From positions 448,001-512,000 of the forward strand of contig CAVVTZ010000007.1 of the NCBI GenBank assembly GCA_963751275.1: 64,000 nt of DNA, given 5' to 3'. The stretch is from an uncultured Gemmatimonadaceae bacterium (GTDB lineage: Bacteria; Gemmatimonadota; Gemmatimonadetes; Gemmatimonadales; Gemmatimonadaceae). A program made the position numbers and the translations under genes. This document shows positions 20,305 to 31,386 of this stretch, one piece after another. Position 1 is the first letter of the stretch; each line of letters opens with the position of its first letter. The notes below the pieces were generated by a model. It did no database searches and was not told the DNA's origin. It saw nothing but the letters and a program-made list of their open reading frames with translations.

Positions 20305-21835
20305 GCGGCAACCCCGGGGGTGGCTGGCTCGACCGCCGGCTCGATCTCTCGAGCATCCGCCGCGCGCTGCTCGACCGCGAAGTGCCCGACCGCCTCACGT
20401 GGTGGCACACGCTGGGCAGCGCCGCGCTCACCGCGTTCCTCGTGCAGGTCGTGACGGGCATCGTGCTCGCGACGTACTACGCGGCGGCGCCGGATCACGC
20501 GTACGAGAGCATCCGCTTCCTCCAGACCAGCGTGACGATGGGCGGCCTGCTGCGCGCGATCCATCACTGGGGATCGAGCGCGATGGTGGTGCTCGTCCTG
20601 GCGCATCTGGTGCGCGTCTTCTCGATGGGCGCGTACAAGTATCCGCGCGAGCCGAACTGGGTGCTGGGCGTGGTGCTCTTCCTCATCGTCATGGGATTCG
20701 GCTTCACGGGCTATCTGCTGCCGTGGGACCAGCGCGCGTACTGGGCGACGCAGGTGGGCACGAGCATCGCCGGGCACCGTGCCCGTGGTGGGCGGCGCGA
20801 TGACGCAGCTGTTGCGCGGCGGCTCGCAGCTCGGCGCGGCGACGCTGACGCGCTTCTACGCGTTCCACGTACTCTGGCTGCCGTTGGCGCTCGGGGGGTT
20901 CGTGCTGATCCACCTCGCCATGGTGATCCGGCAGGGGATCGCGCCGCGCACGGATGCGTTGGAAACAGGCGCGCCCGAGCGCACCAGCGATCCGGCGTAC
21001 CCGGCATACTACGAGAAGGCGTACGCGGCCACGAAGAAAGGCGGCGTCCGCTTCTATCCCGACATCATCGGCAAGGATGCGATCGCATCGCTCGTGGTGG
21101 TGGTGTCGCTGGTGCTGCTGGCGCTCGCCTTCGGCGCGCCGCTCGATGCGCCGGCGGATCCGACCGATTCGAGCTACGTGCCGCGGCCGGAGTGGTATTT
21201 CCTGCCGTTCTTCCAGTTGCTGAAGCTCTTCCCCGGTTCGATGGAGAGCGCCATCGCCGTGGGCGTACCGGGGCTGCTGGTGCTCACGCTGCTCGCGCTG
21301 CCGTTCTTCGACCGGCGGAGCACGCGCAGCATCCGCAACCGGCCGATGGCGCTGGTCGCGATCGTCGTGCTGCTCGGCGGGTCGGCGCTGCTGCTGGGCG
21401 GCGCGCTGCGCGACATTCCAGCCCACCGTCGCCCCGGAGTCGGGACGGCTCCTCTCGAGCACCGAGCGGGCGGGGCGCGCGCTCTTCCAGCGTCAGTGCT
21501 CGAGCTGCCACGTGGTCGGCAAGAACAAGGGCGGCGATGACGGGCCCGATCTCACCGACATCGGCCTGAAGCATTCGACGGGGTGGCTCCACAGCTACAT
21601 CGAGGATCCATCGCGCTTCCACCCGGACTCGAAGATGTCGGCATTCGGTCCTCCGGTGCTCACGCACCAGGAGATCGAAGAGGTGGCGCGCTATCTCGGC
21701 ACGCTGCAGGGAGCGCCCGGCACGAACCTGCCGCCCGAAGTGAACGACACCTTCCCCGAGCCGGCCAAGCACAGCGACGGGAAGAGTGCGAAGGATTCCG
21801 CGCAGAAGTCGCAGGCCAAACCCACGAAGGACTGA
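20301..21835 (+). CDS. qcrB: cytochrome b fused to cytochrome c (frameshifts ~20772 and ~21420)
   Basis: HHWG..AHL, GYLLPWDQ, FH...IH, PEWY, then CSSCH and a Met ligand after frame correction. Confidence 0.88.
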
Positions 21836-21849
21836 CCGGAGGGACGACG

Positions 21850-23050
21850 ATGATGACCCTGCATGGTTTGCGAACCAGCTGGCGTTCGTCGGTGCTCGGC
21901 GCCGCGCTCTTGCTCGCCGCGATGCCGAACGCCGCGCACGCGATCCCCGCCTGGGCGCGGAAGTACAACATGAATTGCACGGGCTGTCACTATCCCGTTC
22001 CCCCGGTGCTCAACGCGGACGGGCTCGCGTTCAAGTGGGCGGGATACCGGATGCCCGACCAGATCGGGAAGAACGAGGAGGTGACGAAGATCGGCGATTA
22101 TTTCGCGGCGCGCGGCGTGTTCCAGTACGCGTACACGAAGACCCAGGGTGAGCCCGCGGACAACAATTCGCTCACCGTGCCGAGCGCGAGCATCTTCGCG
22201 GCGGGCGCGCTCGGGAAATGGTTCGGCGGATTCCTCGAGCTGGAGGCGTCGCCCGATGGCATTGGCACGGCGGCGCAGGCATTCGGGCACGTGGGGGTCC
22301 GAGGATTCATACGGCGGCGTGCGCATCGTGCAGGGACATCTGATGTCCGAAGGTGCCGTGGCCGGACTCGATCGCGCGATCGGACCGCTGACGCCGCTGG
22401 CCATCGATGGGCCGATCACCACCGCCGTGCCGTTCGGGTTCGGCGATCACAACGGCGTCGATTTCGCGTGGGTGTTCTCGAAGAAGGACCGCCTCGCCAT
22501 CGGCTACTCGAGCAGCCTGGCTCCGGTGCTCGGCGGATCGACCCTCGGGAGCGGGGACTTCTTCATCTCGAACCAATTCATCTGGGACGTGCACGGCGGC
22601 GGACTCAGCGTCATCGGCTACTACGGGAGCGCGACGGGACTCGATTCGATCAATCTCGACCAGGCGTCGCATTACTATCGCGTGGGCGCGACGGCGAATC
22701 ACTACTTCGGCACCTTCGAGGCGAACGGCGGGTACGTCTATGGGAAGGACATGGACCTCCCGACCGGCAACCTGTTCGCGACGAGCACGATCACGGGTCA
22801 GTCGTACTGGCTGGGCGCGGGCTACACGTTCCCGAGCACGTATCTGACGTTCTATGGGCGATGGGAGGTCGTGGATCCCGACAAGACCGACACGGACCTG
22901 AGTACGACGCGCTGGGTGTTCGGTGGCGTGGCGCCGCTGATGACGCCGCAGAACATCAGACTCGGTCTCGAGTACTTCAACGACCAGCTCAAGTTGAGCG
23001 GGTCGCCATCGCGACAGGGAGTCTATCTCGAGCTCCAAGTAGCATATTGA
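21850..23050 (+). CDS. Cyc2-like monoheme cytochrome c-porin fusion (frameshift ~22285)
   Basis: Signal peptide, AIPAWARKYNMNCTGCH..P.LN..G..FK..GY, amphipathic beta strands, terminal aromatic residue (LELQVAY). Confidence 0.8.
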
Positions 23051-23099
23051 AGTGACCGCCGGCGACCGCCGGCGCGTCGATCCTCAACCGCAGGGAACG

Positions 23100-23468
23100 A
23101 TGCGAGTCTCAGTGAAGTTGTTCGCCGTCGCCGCGATCGCGGCGGCGGCGTGGGCCGGGGCCGGCGCGACCGCGGCCGCCGAGCCGAAGGGGCCGGTGCA
23201 GGGGCCCGACGGGAAGATGGTCTACGTGGAGCATTGCAAGACGTGCCACGGCGCGATCGGCGTGCCCACGAAGAGCGCGGTGTCGAAGTATGACAGCATT
23301 CCGAACTTCAAGACGCCCGGGTTCTTCGACACGCGTTCGCAGGATTCGGTCCTGACGATCCTGAAGAAGGGGAAGGGGAAGGACATGAAGTCGTGGGCGG
23401 AGAAGCTCTCGCCCGCCGAGATGCAGGCGGTGGCGACCTACATCCGGACGTTCGCGGTCGCGAAGTAA
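23100..23468 (+). CDS. periplasmic monoheme cytochrome c
   Basis: Signal peptide, CKTCH, distal Met (DMKSW). Confidence 0.92.
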   Translation: MRVSVKLFAVAAIAAAAWAGAGATAAAEPKGPVQGPDGKMVYVEHCKTCHGAIGVPTKSAVSKYDSIPNFKTPGFFDTRSQDSVLTILKKGKGKDMKSWAEKLSPAEMQAVATYIRTFAVAK

Positions 23469-23510
23469 GCCCGCTCTGGCGCGCGGCGGCGCCGCGGGGT
23501 AAATGGAGGG

Positions 23511-24840
23511 ATGTCATCAGCCTCCGATACCCCCTCCGCCGCGGGCCTCGAGCGCGTGATGGGCGTGCGCGCCCTCACCGCCTCGTCCGTGAACATGACC
23601 GTCGGCTCGGGGATCTTCCTCCTGCCGGCCGCGGTGTACGCGCTGATCGGCGGCGCGGCGCTGTACGCGTACTTCATTCTGCGCCTTCGCGATGGCGCTC
23701 GTGGTGCTCTGCTTCGCCGAGGCGGGGAGCCGCGTGCACGGCAGCGGCGGCGGCTATGCGTACGCGGCCGCGGCGTTCGGCCCGTACGTGGGCACGCTCA
23801 GCGGCGCGCTGCTCTACGTGGGCGCGGGCGTCCTCGCCGGCGCGGCGGTGATGAACGCGTTCGCGCTCACGCTCGCGGTGATCTTCCCCGCACTCGGCAC
23901 CGCGCCGGCGCGCATCGCGATCATGATCATCTCGTACGCGGTGCTCGCGACGGTGAATATCCGCGGCGCGCGGCCCGGCGTGCGGACGATGGAGCTCTTC
24001 TCGCTCGGGAAGATCCTGCCGCTCGTTGCGCTCGTGGCCCTCGGCATCTTCTTCATGCACCCGGCCAACCTCGTGCCCGGCGCGCTGCCGCCGGCGCGCG
24101 ACATGTCGCGTGCGTGCGTGACGCTCATCTTCGCATTCCTCGGCTTCGAGAATTCGCTGAACCCCAGCGGTGAAGTGAAGGACCCGCATCGCACCGTGCC
24201 GCGCGCCGTGTTGCTCGCGCTCTGTCTCGTGACGCTGCTCTACTTGCTCATCCAGATGGTGGCGGTGGGGGTGCTCGGCGCGCAGCTGGCGAAGGAGACG
24301 GCCGCGCCGCTCGCCGCGGTCGCGAACATCGTGTTCGGGCGCGTGGGGAGCAGCGTGATCCTGCTGGGCACGCTCATTTCGACGTTCGGCTACATGACCG
24401 GCGATGCACTCACCTCGCCGCGCGCGCTCTACGCGCTGGCGGAGGGTGGCCTGCTCCCGCCGGTGATCTCGAGAGTGCACCCGCGGCTCCACACGCCGTA
24501 CATCGCGATCCTCGTGCACGCGGTGCTGGTGGTGACGCTCGCGGCCACCGGGAGCTTCGCGACACTGATCGTGGTGGCGAACGTGGCGGTGCTGCTCATG
24601 TACGGCATCGTCGCGGCGTCGGTGCTCATGCTGCGGAAGAAGGACGTGCGCGGCGAGGGAGCGCCCTTCGTCGTCCCGTTCGGACCGGTGATCCCCATCG
24701 CCGCGATCGCGGTGCTCCTCTGGCTGCTTTCCACCGCCACGAAGCAGGAGTTCATCGCCACCGGCATCACGCTCGCGGTGGCGACGGCGCTGCACTTCTC
24801 GTCGTACCTCTGGCGCGCGAAGGCACCGACCGCGGCATGA
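23511..24840 (+). CDS. APC family amino acid permease (frameshift ~23680)
   Basis: VGSGIF, FAE, GGGYAY, FLGFE, GEVKDP. Confidence 0.9.
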
Positions 24841-26027
24841 TCGACCCGCTCCTCGCGTTCCGCCCGGAGTTCCCGATCCTGGCGCGCTCGAATTATCTCG
24901 TGTCGAATTCCCTGGGTGCGATGCCGCGCGCCGCGGGCGACCGGATGGCCGAGTACGCACGCACGTGGAGCGAACGCGGCGTGCGCGCCTGGGCCGACGG
25001 GTGGTGGAACATGCCGGTGACCGTCGGCGACGAGATCGCGCCGCTCATCGGCGCGGGCGCGGGGGAGATCGCGATGCTCCCGAACGTGAGCCTCGCGCAC
25101 GCGACGGTGCTGTCGGCGCTGGATTTCCCGCCCGAGCGCAATGCGATCGTGATGACGGCGCTCGACTTCCCGAGCGTGCGCTACGCTGTAGAGGGGATGG
25201 CCGCGCGCTTCGGCGCGCGGGTCGTGACCGTGCCGAGCGACGACGGGATCGGGATCGAGCTGGAGCGGCTCCTGGCGGCGATCGATGAGCGCACGCGGCT
25301 GGTGGCGGTGTCGCACGTGCTCTTCCGGTCGGCGTACATCATGGACGCCAACGCCATCGTTCGACGCGCGCACGCGATGGGCGCGCTCGTGATGCTGGAT
25401 GCATTCCACTCGGTGGGCGTGCTGCCGGTGGATGTGCGGCGCAGCGGGACGGACTTCCTGGCCGGCGGCGTGCTGAAGTGGCTGTGCGGGGGCCCGGGGG
25501 GCGCGTTCTTATACTGTGCACCGAGCCTCCGTGATACTCTCATGCCTGCTCTCACGGGATGGCAGGCGCACGCGCGGCCGTTCGCGTTCGAAGCAGAGCA
25601 GGTTCCGGCGCAGGGCGCGTGGCGGTGGCTCAACGGCACGCCGGTGATCCCCGCGCTCTATGCGGCGGCGGAGGGGCCGAAGCTGCTGCGGCGCGCGGGG
25701 ATCGAGCGCGTGCGCGCGAAGAGCATGCGGCAGACGGCGCGGCTGATCGCGCTGGCCGGCGAGCGCGGCTACGAGGTGCACGCGCCGCGGGACGCCGAGC
25801 GCCGCGGCGGCACGGTGGCGTTCCGCGTGCCGCATGCGTACGAGGTGAGCCAGGCGCTGCTCGCGCGCGACATCATCGTGGACTACCGGCCCGACGCCGG
25901 GATCCGCGTCGCGCCGCATTTCTACACGCACGATGACGAGATCGAGGCGGCGGTGCGGGCGATCGACGAGATCCTCGCGACCGGCGACTGGAAGCGGTTC
26001 GAGGGCGCCCGCGGCGTGGTGACGTGA
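24837..26027 (+). CDS. kynU: kynureninase-like class V PLP enzyme
   Basis: NSLGAMP, DAFHSVG, KWLCGGPG, NGTP, DYRP..IRVAP. Confidence 0.8.
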   Translation: MIDPLLAFRPEFPILARSNYLVSNSLGAMPRAAGDRMAEYARTWSERGVRAWADGWWNMPVTVGDEIAPLIGAGAGEIAMLPNVSLAHATVLSALDFPPERNAIVMTALDFPSVRYAVEGMAARFGARVVTVPSDDGIGIELERLLAAIDERTRLVAVSHVLFRSAYIMDANAIVRRAHAMGALVMLDAFHSVGVLPVDVRRSGTDFLAGGVLKWLCGGPGGAFLYCAPSLRDTLMPALTGWQAHARPFAFEAEQVPAQGAWRWLNGTPVIPALYAAAEGPKLLRRAGIERVRAKSMRQTARLIALAGERGYEVHAPRDAERRGGTVAFRVPHAYEVSQALLARDIIVDYRPDAGIRVAPHFYTHDDEIEAAVRAIDEILATGDWKRFEGARGVVT

Positions 26028-26085
26028 ACGCCTTGTAGCGCCCGCGCGCGCGCCGTAACTTCGGGGGACCTTCATCCCCAGGGCT

Positions 26086-26313
26086 ATGCCGACTCCTCCG
26101 AAAAAGCTTCGCAAGAAGTACGAGAACACCAAGTATCCGGCCGTGGTCCTGCGGTTCGAGGACGGGCACGAGATCGAGATCCGGAAGGGGCAGGGAAAGG
26201 TCTTCGACTGCTATTCCGGCGAGCACATCAAGGTGCTGGCAATGTACGATCCGACGTCGAAGGAGCGCGAGCTCGTCGAGACGCGGAACGCGGGGACGTT
26301 CACGGACGCGTAG
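26086..26313 (+). CDS. small hypothetical protein
   Basis: 75-aa ORF with host-like codon usage. Confidence 0.7.
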   Translation: MPTPPKKLRKKYENTKYPAVVLRFEDGHEIEIRKGQGKVFDCYSGEHIKVLAMYDPTSKERELVETRNAGTFTDA

Positions 26314-26317
26314 ATAC

Positions 26318-27249
26318 GTGACGGCGGCTTTCGGCTGGCGGCTGTCGGCTGTCGGTCTCGGGGGGATAGTCCTCGCGGCGGGCGGGATCGCTCGGAGCGC
26401 AGAAGGCCGACACCGCGAAACTCCATCGCACGCTCGACTCCCTGGCGGCGGCGCACCATGGCGTAGTCGGGTATGCGGTGCGCGATCTCGATGCCGGATG
26501 GCGGCTCTCGCTGCGCGGCGATTCGACCTTTCCCACCGCGAGCCTGATCAAGGTGGGCGTGCTCGTGACGCTGTACGATCTCGTGGAGCACGGGCAGATG
26601 TCGCTGAACGATCCGCTCGTGCTGCTCGCGATCGACAAGGCGGGCGGCAGCGGGGTGCTGCAGAACCTGCAGACACCGCTCACGATCACCGTGCGCGATG
26701 CGGCGCAGCTGATCGATCGAGACGAGCGACAACACCGCCACGAACCTCCTGCTCCAGAAGATCACGATCGCGCGCGTCAACGCGCGGCTCGATTCGCTGC
26801 GCCTCGCCAATACGCGCGTCCATCACCTCGTGATGGAGCGCGCGATCACGAGCATCGCGCGCGACAGCTCCGAGAAGTACGGGCTCGGCAAGACGACGCC
26901 CAACGAGATGGCGCAGCTCTTCACGCTGCTTGCGCAGGGGAAGGCGGTGAGCCCCAGGGCCGACTCGGCGATGCTCGCGATGCTCGAGACGAACGAGGAG
27001 ACCGAACTGATCACGCGCCAGTTCACCGGCGTGCGGGCGGCGCACAAGTCCGGCAAGGATGACGACGTGCGCACCGAGTGCGGGTTGTACTACCTGCGCA
27101 CGCGCGTCGTGATCTGCGTGCTCACCCGCGCCAACGCGGACCAGCGCTGGATCATCGACAACGAGCCCGAGCGGCTCATGGGCCGCATGGGCGCCGAGAT
27201 CGCGCGAGCGGTCGGTCTGCCGCCAAAGGCGACCGTCGAACAGAATTAG
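26318..27249 (+). CDS. class A beta-lactamase-related serine hydrolase (two frameshifts, ~26400 and ~26715)
   Basis: FPTASLIK (SxxK), SDN, HKSG across frames; start uncertain. Confidence 0.8.
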
Positions 27250-27407
27250 TGGGTGCGCACCGCGTGGAGCACGAAGTACGCGAGCAGGGCCGCCAGCACG
27301 ATGAGCAGAATGCCGTATGTGACCGCGGTGCGCTCCGGCGCCGCGGGGGATGTGTCGATCACGTCGGCTTCCGGGGCCGGCGCTTCCGGTGCGGGGGTGT
27401 CGGTCAT
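27246..27407 (-). CDS. small single-TM hypothetical protein
   Basis: Pro/Ala-rich N-terminus plus one TM helix. Confidence 0.45.
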   Translation of the reverse strand: MTDTPAPEAPAPEADVIDTSPAAPERTAVTYGILLIVLAALLAYFVLHAVRTH

Positions 27408-27454
27408 GCGTGCGAAGTTAGCGTCGCGAATAGTGTATGGCAAAGCGCAGATCA

Positions 27455-27542
27455 ATCATGTTCATCATGTTGATCCTGTCTAATGCGGTGGCGGTAAGCC
27501 CCAACAACGAAGCGTTGACAGGATTGACATGATGAACATGAT
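27455..27542. repeat. inverted repeat of 9-nt units related to family B
   Basis: ATCATGTTCATCATGTTGATCCTGTC ... GACAGGATTGACATGATGAACATGAT. Confidence 0.7.
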
Positions 27543-27600
27543 GGCTACTACGGCAGCACGTCCCCGTCATACCTCCATTCACTTCACTTTGGCCAATTCA

Positions 27601-29253
27601 ATGAAACGCATCCTGTCATTCCTATTGGCGGTCCTCGCGCCGGCGCTGCTGTCCGCGCAGAGCGCCACGCCGTGCACCTGCGCGGCGAAGATCACCACGA
27701 CTGAATTCGACGCCGACCTCAAGTTCCTCTCGAGCGACCTGCTCGAGGGGCGCGCCCCCGCGACGCGCGGTGGCCAGCTCGCCACCGCATACATCGCCGC
27801 GCAGCTGCAGATCGCGGGCGTGCTGCCCGGCGTGAACGGGTCGTACTTCCAGCAGGTTCCGATCGACGTCGTTCGCGCGATCCCGTCCACGATCCGCGTG
27901 ACCGCCAGCGGGAGTGCGACGGCGACGCTCAAGTATCCCGACAATGTCGTCGTCGCACCCGGCAGCGCGACGGACTCCAGCGCCGCCCGCGGCGAGCTGG
28001 TGTTCGTCGGCTACGGCGCCGTGGCGCCCGAGTACAAATGGGACGACTACAAGGGCGAGAGCATGAAGGGGAAGGTGCTGCTCGTGCTCGTGAACGATCC
28101 GCCGGCGTCGGCGAGCGAGCCGGGATTGTTCGGCGGCAAGGCGATGACGTACTACGGCCGTTGGACCTACAAGTACGAAGAGGCCGAGCGCCTCGGCGCC
28201 GCCGGCGTGCTGATCGTGCACACCACCGAAGCGGCGAGCTACCCGTGGCACACGGTGGTCGGGTCGTGGGCGACGGAACTCCGCATGCTGCCGCGCGATC
28301 CCAGCGGTCCGGCGCCCACCGGCGTGAACGGATGGATCACCGACAGCGCGGCGACCGCGCTCCTCGCGCAGGCCGGGCTCCGCATGGCCGACCTGCGCAC
28401 GCTGGCGGCGACGCGCGCGTTCAAGCCGGTGCACACCGGCATCATGATGGACATGTCGATGAAGAACCACCTGGCGCACATGCAGAGCGAGAACGTGGTG
28501 GGCGTGGTGCACGGCAACGGGTCCGGATACAAGGACCAGTACGTGGTGTACAGCGCGCACTGGGACCATCTGGGCATCGGGCCGGCGGTGAACGGCGACT
28601 CGATCTACAACGGCGCCGCCGACAACGCCTCGGGCACGGCAGCCGTGCTCGCCATCGCGCGCGCCGCGGCCAAGCTCGCGCCCACGCGCCGTACGCAGCT
28701 GTTCGTGTTCGTCACCGCCGAGGAGTCGGGGCTGCTCGGCTCCGCGTGGTATGCGACGCACCCCACCGTGCCGGCGAAGCAGATCGTCGCGGACCTGAAC
28801 CTCGACGTCGTCCCGCTCGAGGGGAAGATGAAGGACTATGTCGTGCTCGGCTCCGACAAGAGCTCGCTCGGCTCGATGTTCTCGCACTTCCTGCAGACCA
28901 AGGGGATGTCGCTCAGCGCCGATCCGCATCCGGAGGCGGGCCACTTCTACCGCAGCGACCACTTCTCCTTCGCGAAGGCCGGCGTGCCGGCGGTCTCGAT
29001 CGGCGCGGGCACGGACTACGTCGGGCGGCCCAAGGGATGGGGCGAGCAGCAGCAGGCGGACTATACCGCGCACCGCTATCACCAGCCGTCGGATGAATAC
29101 AAGCCGGACTTCGACCTGAGCGGCGCCACGCAGCTGGCCGACATCGTGCTGAGCTTCGGGCGTGCGCTCGCGAATTCGCCCGAGGTGCCAGTGTGGAGCG
29201 CGAGCGCGGAGTTCAAGGCGGTGCGCGACTCGACGGGCGGCCCGGCGAAATGA
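27601..29253 (+). CDS. M28 family peptidase with PA domain
   Basis: LEGR, FVGYG, AHWDHLG, NGAADNASG, AEESGLLGS, RSDH, YHQPSD. Confidence 0.95.
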   Translation: MKRILSFLLAVLAPALLSAQSATPCTCAAKITTTEFDADLKFLSSDLLEGRAPATRGGQLATAYIAAQLQIAGVLPGVNGSYFQQVPIDVVRAIPSTIRVTASGSATATLKYPDNVVVAPGSATDSSAARGELVFVGYGAVAPEYKWDDYKGESMKGKVLLVLVNDPPASASEPGLFGGKAMTYYGRWTYKYEEAERLGAAGVLIVHTTEAASYPWHTVVGSWATELRMLPRDPSGPAPTGVNGWITDSAATALLAQAGLRMADLRTLAATRAFKPVHTGIMMDMSMKNHLAHMQSENVVGVVHGNGSGYKDQYVVYSAHWDHLGIGPAVNGDSIYNGAADNASGTAAVLAIARAAAKLAPTRRTQLFVFVTAEESGLLGSAWYATHPTVPAKQIVADLNLDVVPLEGKMKDYVVLGSDKSSLGSMFSHFLQTKGMSLSADPHPEAGHFYRSDHFSFAKAGVPAVSIGAGTDYVGRPKGWGEQQQADYTAHRYHQPSDEYKPDFDLSGATQLADIVLSFGRALANSPEVPVWSASAEFKAVRDSTGGPAK

Positions 29254-29278
29254 CGAAGCGGCGCCGCGGCGTGATGGC

Positions 29279-30190
29279 GTGAACGCTCCCGTGCCGGTGC
29301 GCGTGCTGCCGGAGGTCGCGGCCGCGTTGCGGTCGCGCGCGCCTGTCGTCGCCCTGGAAAGCAGTGTGTTCGCGCAGGGATTGCCGGAGCCCGCGAACCG
29401 CGAAGCGGCGGAGCGGATGCTCGCGGCGGTGCGCGCCGCCGGCGCGGTGCCGGCGATCACCGCCGTGGTGCGCGGCGTCGCGGCGGTGGGACTCGAACGG
29501 GCTGAGCTTGAGCGGTTCCTCGGGCGCGACGGGATACGGAAAGTGTCGGCGCGCGACATTCCGCTCGCGATGGCGCAGGGCGCGGATGGCGCAACGACCG
29601 TGGCCGGTACCGTGATGCTGGCGGCCGCGGTGGGGATCGAGGTGTTCGCCACCGGCGGGATCGGTGGCGTGCACAAGAGCCCCAAGTTCGACGAGAGCGC
29701 GGATCTGATGGAGTTCTCGCGTTCGCCGGTGCTGGTCGTCTGCGCGGGGGCGAAGTCGATCCTGGATCTCGCGGCGACGAGTGAAAGGTTGGAGTCGCTG
29801 GGAGTTGCGGTGATAGGGTATGGTACGGGAGAAATGCCCGCGTTCTATTCGCGGTCGAGCGGGATCCCGCTCGCGGCGCGGGCGGATTCGCCGAAGGAGG
29901 TCGCGAGCGCGTGGCGGCTGCACCGGGCCCTCGCGCGGCGCGAGGGGATGGTGGTGATGCAGCCGGTCGCGGCGGAGCACGCGCTCAGCGCCGCCGTCGT
30001 GGCGAAGGCGGTGCAAGGGGCGCAGCGGGCGGCGTCCAGTAAGAAGGTGACGGGCGCGGCGCTCACGCCGTTCCTGCTGGCGGAGGTGGACAAGGCGACG
30101 AAGGGCCGCGCGCGCGCGGCGAATCTCGCCCTGCTGGAAGCGAACGCCGCGCTGGCTGCGGCGATCGCGCGGAGTTTGAGCGCGATGTAG
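29279..30190 (+). CDS. psuG: pseudouridine-5'-phosphate glycosidase
   Basis: VVALES, ATTVA, FATGGIGGVH, DESADL, GAKSILD, TPFLL. Confidence 0.95.
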   Translation: MNAPVPVRVLPEVAAALRSRAPVVALESSVFAQGLPEPANREAAERMLAAVRAAGAVPAITAVVRGVAAVGLERAELERFLGRDGIRKVSARDIPLAMAQGADGATTVAGTVMLAAAVGIEVFATGGIGGVHKSPKFDESADLMEFSRSPVLVVCAGAKSILDLAATSERLESLGVAVIGYGTGEMPAFYSRSSGIPLAARADSPKEVASAWRLHRALARREGMVVMQPVAAEHALSAAVVAKAVQGAQRAASSKKVTGAALTPFLLAEVDKATKGRARAANLALLEANAALAAAIARSLSAM

Positions 30191-30267
30191 GCGCGGCAGG
30201 CGGTTGAACTTCGCGGTCACCGCGTGCTACGTTAAGATGACCCTCAGTGCCGGAGGCGCCGGAGCCG

Positions 30268-31386
30268 ATGTCGAACCCATTCCTGAGTTCCGAAGAGTAC
30301 GACGAACGCGCCCACCAACTCTACAACGAAGGACAGTACGAGGAGGCGCTCGAAGTGCTGCGAGAAGGTCTCGCGCTCTATCCGGGCTCGGTGGAACTGC
30401 ACGTGGGCGTCGGATACGCGCGGCTCGCGCGCGAGGAATACGCGTGGGCGCGCCAGAGCTTCGAGATGGGGCTCGTGCTCGACGGCAATCATGAAGACGG
30501 CCTCGCCGGACTCGGCGAGACGCTGCTGAAGCTCGGCCAGCGCGACGCCGCGCTCGCAAGCTTCCGCCGCATCCTCGAGCTCGGCTACGAGGACGATCTC
30601 GATCTCGTGCTGCAGGTGGGGCGCGCGCTCTTCCGCGAGGAGATGCTCGAGGAGTCGCGCGAGTTCTTCGAGACCGCGGTGCGCGAGAGCCCCGAGCTCG
30701 CGGAGGCGCAGGCGTGCCTCGGCTACGCGCAGCACCGCCTGGGCAAGGACGAGGAGGCGATCGCGCATCTCGAGCGCGCGCTCGAGCTGGACGACGAGCA
30801 CACCGAGGCGCGCATCTACCTCGCGAACATCCTCTACGACCGCGGCGAGTACGAGCGGTCGCTGCGGCACCTGGAGCGCACGTCGGCCGAGGATCATTGG
30901 GACGAGCTGGGCATCTGGCGCTACATCGATCTCACCAAGAAGCTGAAGCGCGCGGGCGACGCCGATCCCGAGTTCGTGGAATGGCGCAACCGGTTGGGCG
31001 AGCTCGCGGGCGAGAGCGACCCGATCGACGACATGCTGTCGGAGATCGAGACGCGCGCCGCGGAGGAAGCGGAGTCGCGCGATCGCGCGCAGCTGGAGCT
31101 CTTCTCGACGCTGCTCGCCGATCTCGCCGAGCGCCGCCGCGACGAGGAGAGCGCGGAGCACAGCGTGCTCGCCGACGACGGCACGGAGTTCCGCGGCTCG
31201 TGGGACCGGATCGTGCGCGCCATGAAGGAAGCGAACACGATGATGACCGGCCGTTCGGTGCAGGAGTTCATGGCCACCGAGGCGCGCCGCGGCTATTCCC
31301 TCACGGGCGTGAAGATCCCGACGCATGACGCGGAGAGTTTCATCCGCGGCAGCGCCGACGCGGGACTGCTGCGCATCGTGCAGTGA
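30268..31386 (+). CDS. tetratricopeptide repeat protein
   Basis: Multiple TPR-like helical repeats. Confidence 0.85.
   Translation: MSNPFLSSEEYDERAHQLYNEGQYEEALEVLREGLALYPGSVELHVGVGYARLAREEYAWARQSFEMGLVLDGNHEDGLAGLGETLLKLGQRDAALASFRRILELGYEDDLDLVLQVGRALFREEMLEESREFFETAVRESPELAEAQACLGYAQHRLGKDEEAIAHLERALELDDEHTEARIYLANILYDRGEYERSLRHLERTSAEDHWDELGIWRYIDLTKKLKRAGDADPEFVEWRNRLGELAGESDPIDDMLSEIETRAAEEAESRDRAQLELFSTLLADLAERRRDEESAEHSVLADDGTEFRGSWDRIVRAMKEANTMMTGRSVQEFMATEARRGYSLTGVKIPTHDAESFIRGSADAGLLRIVQ

Noticed and set aside
26318..27249. Acquired antibiotic-resistance beta-lactamase
   Set aside because: Host-like GC and no mobile context; resembles widespread class A-related serine hydrolases
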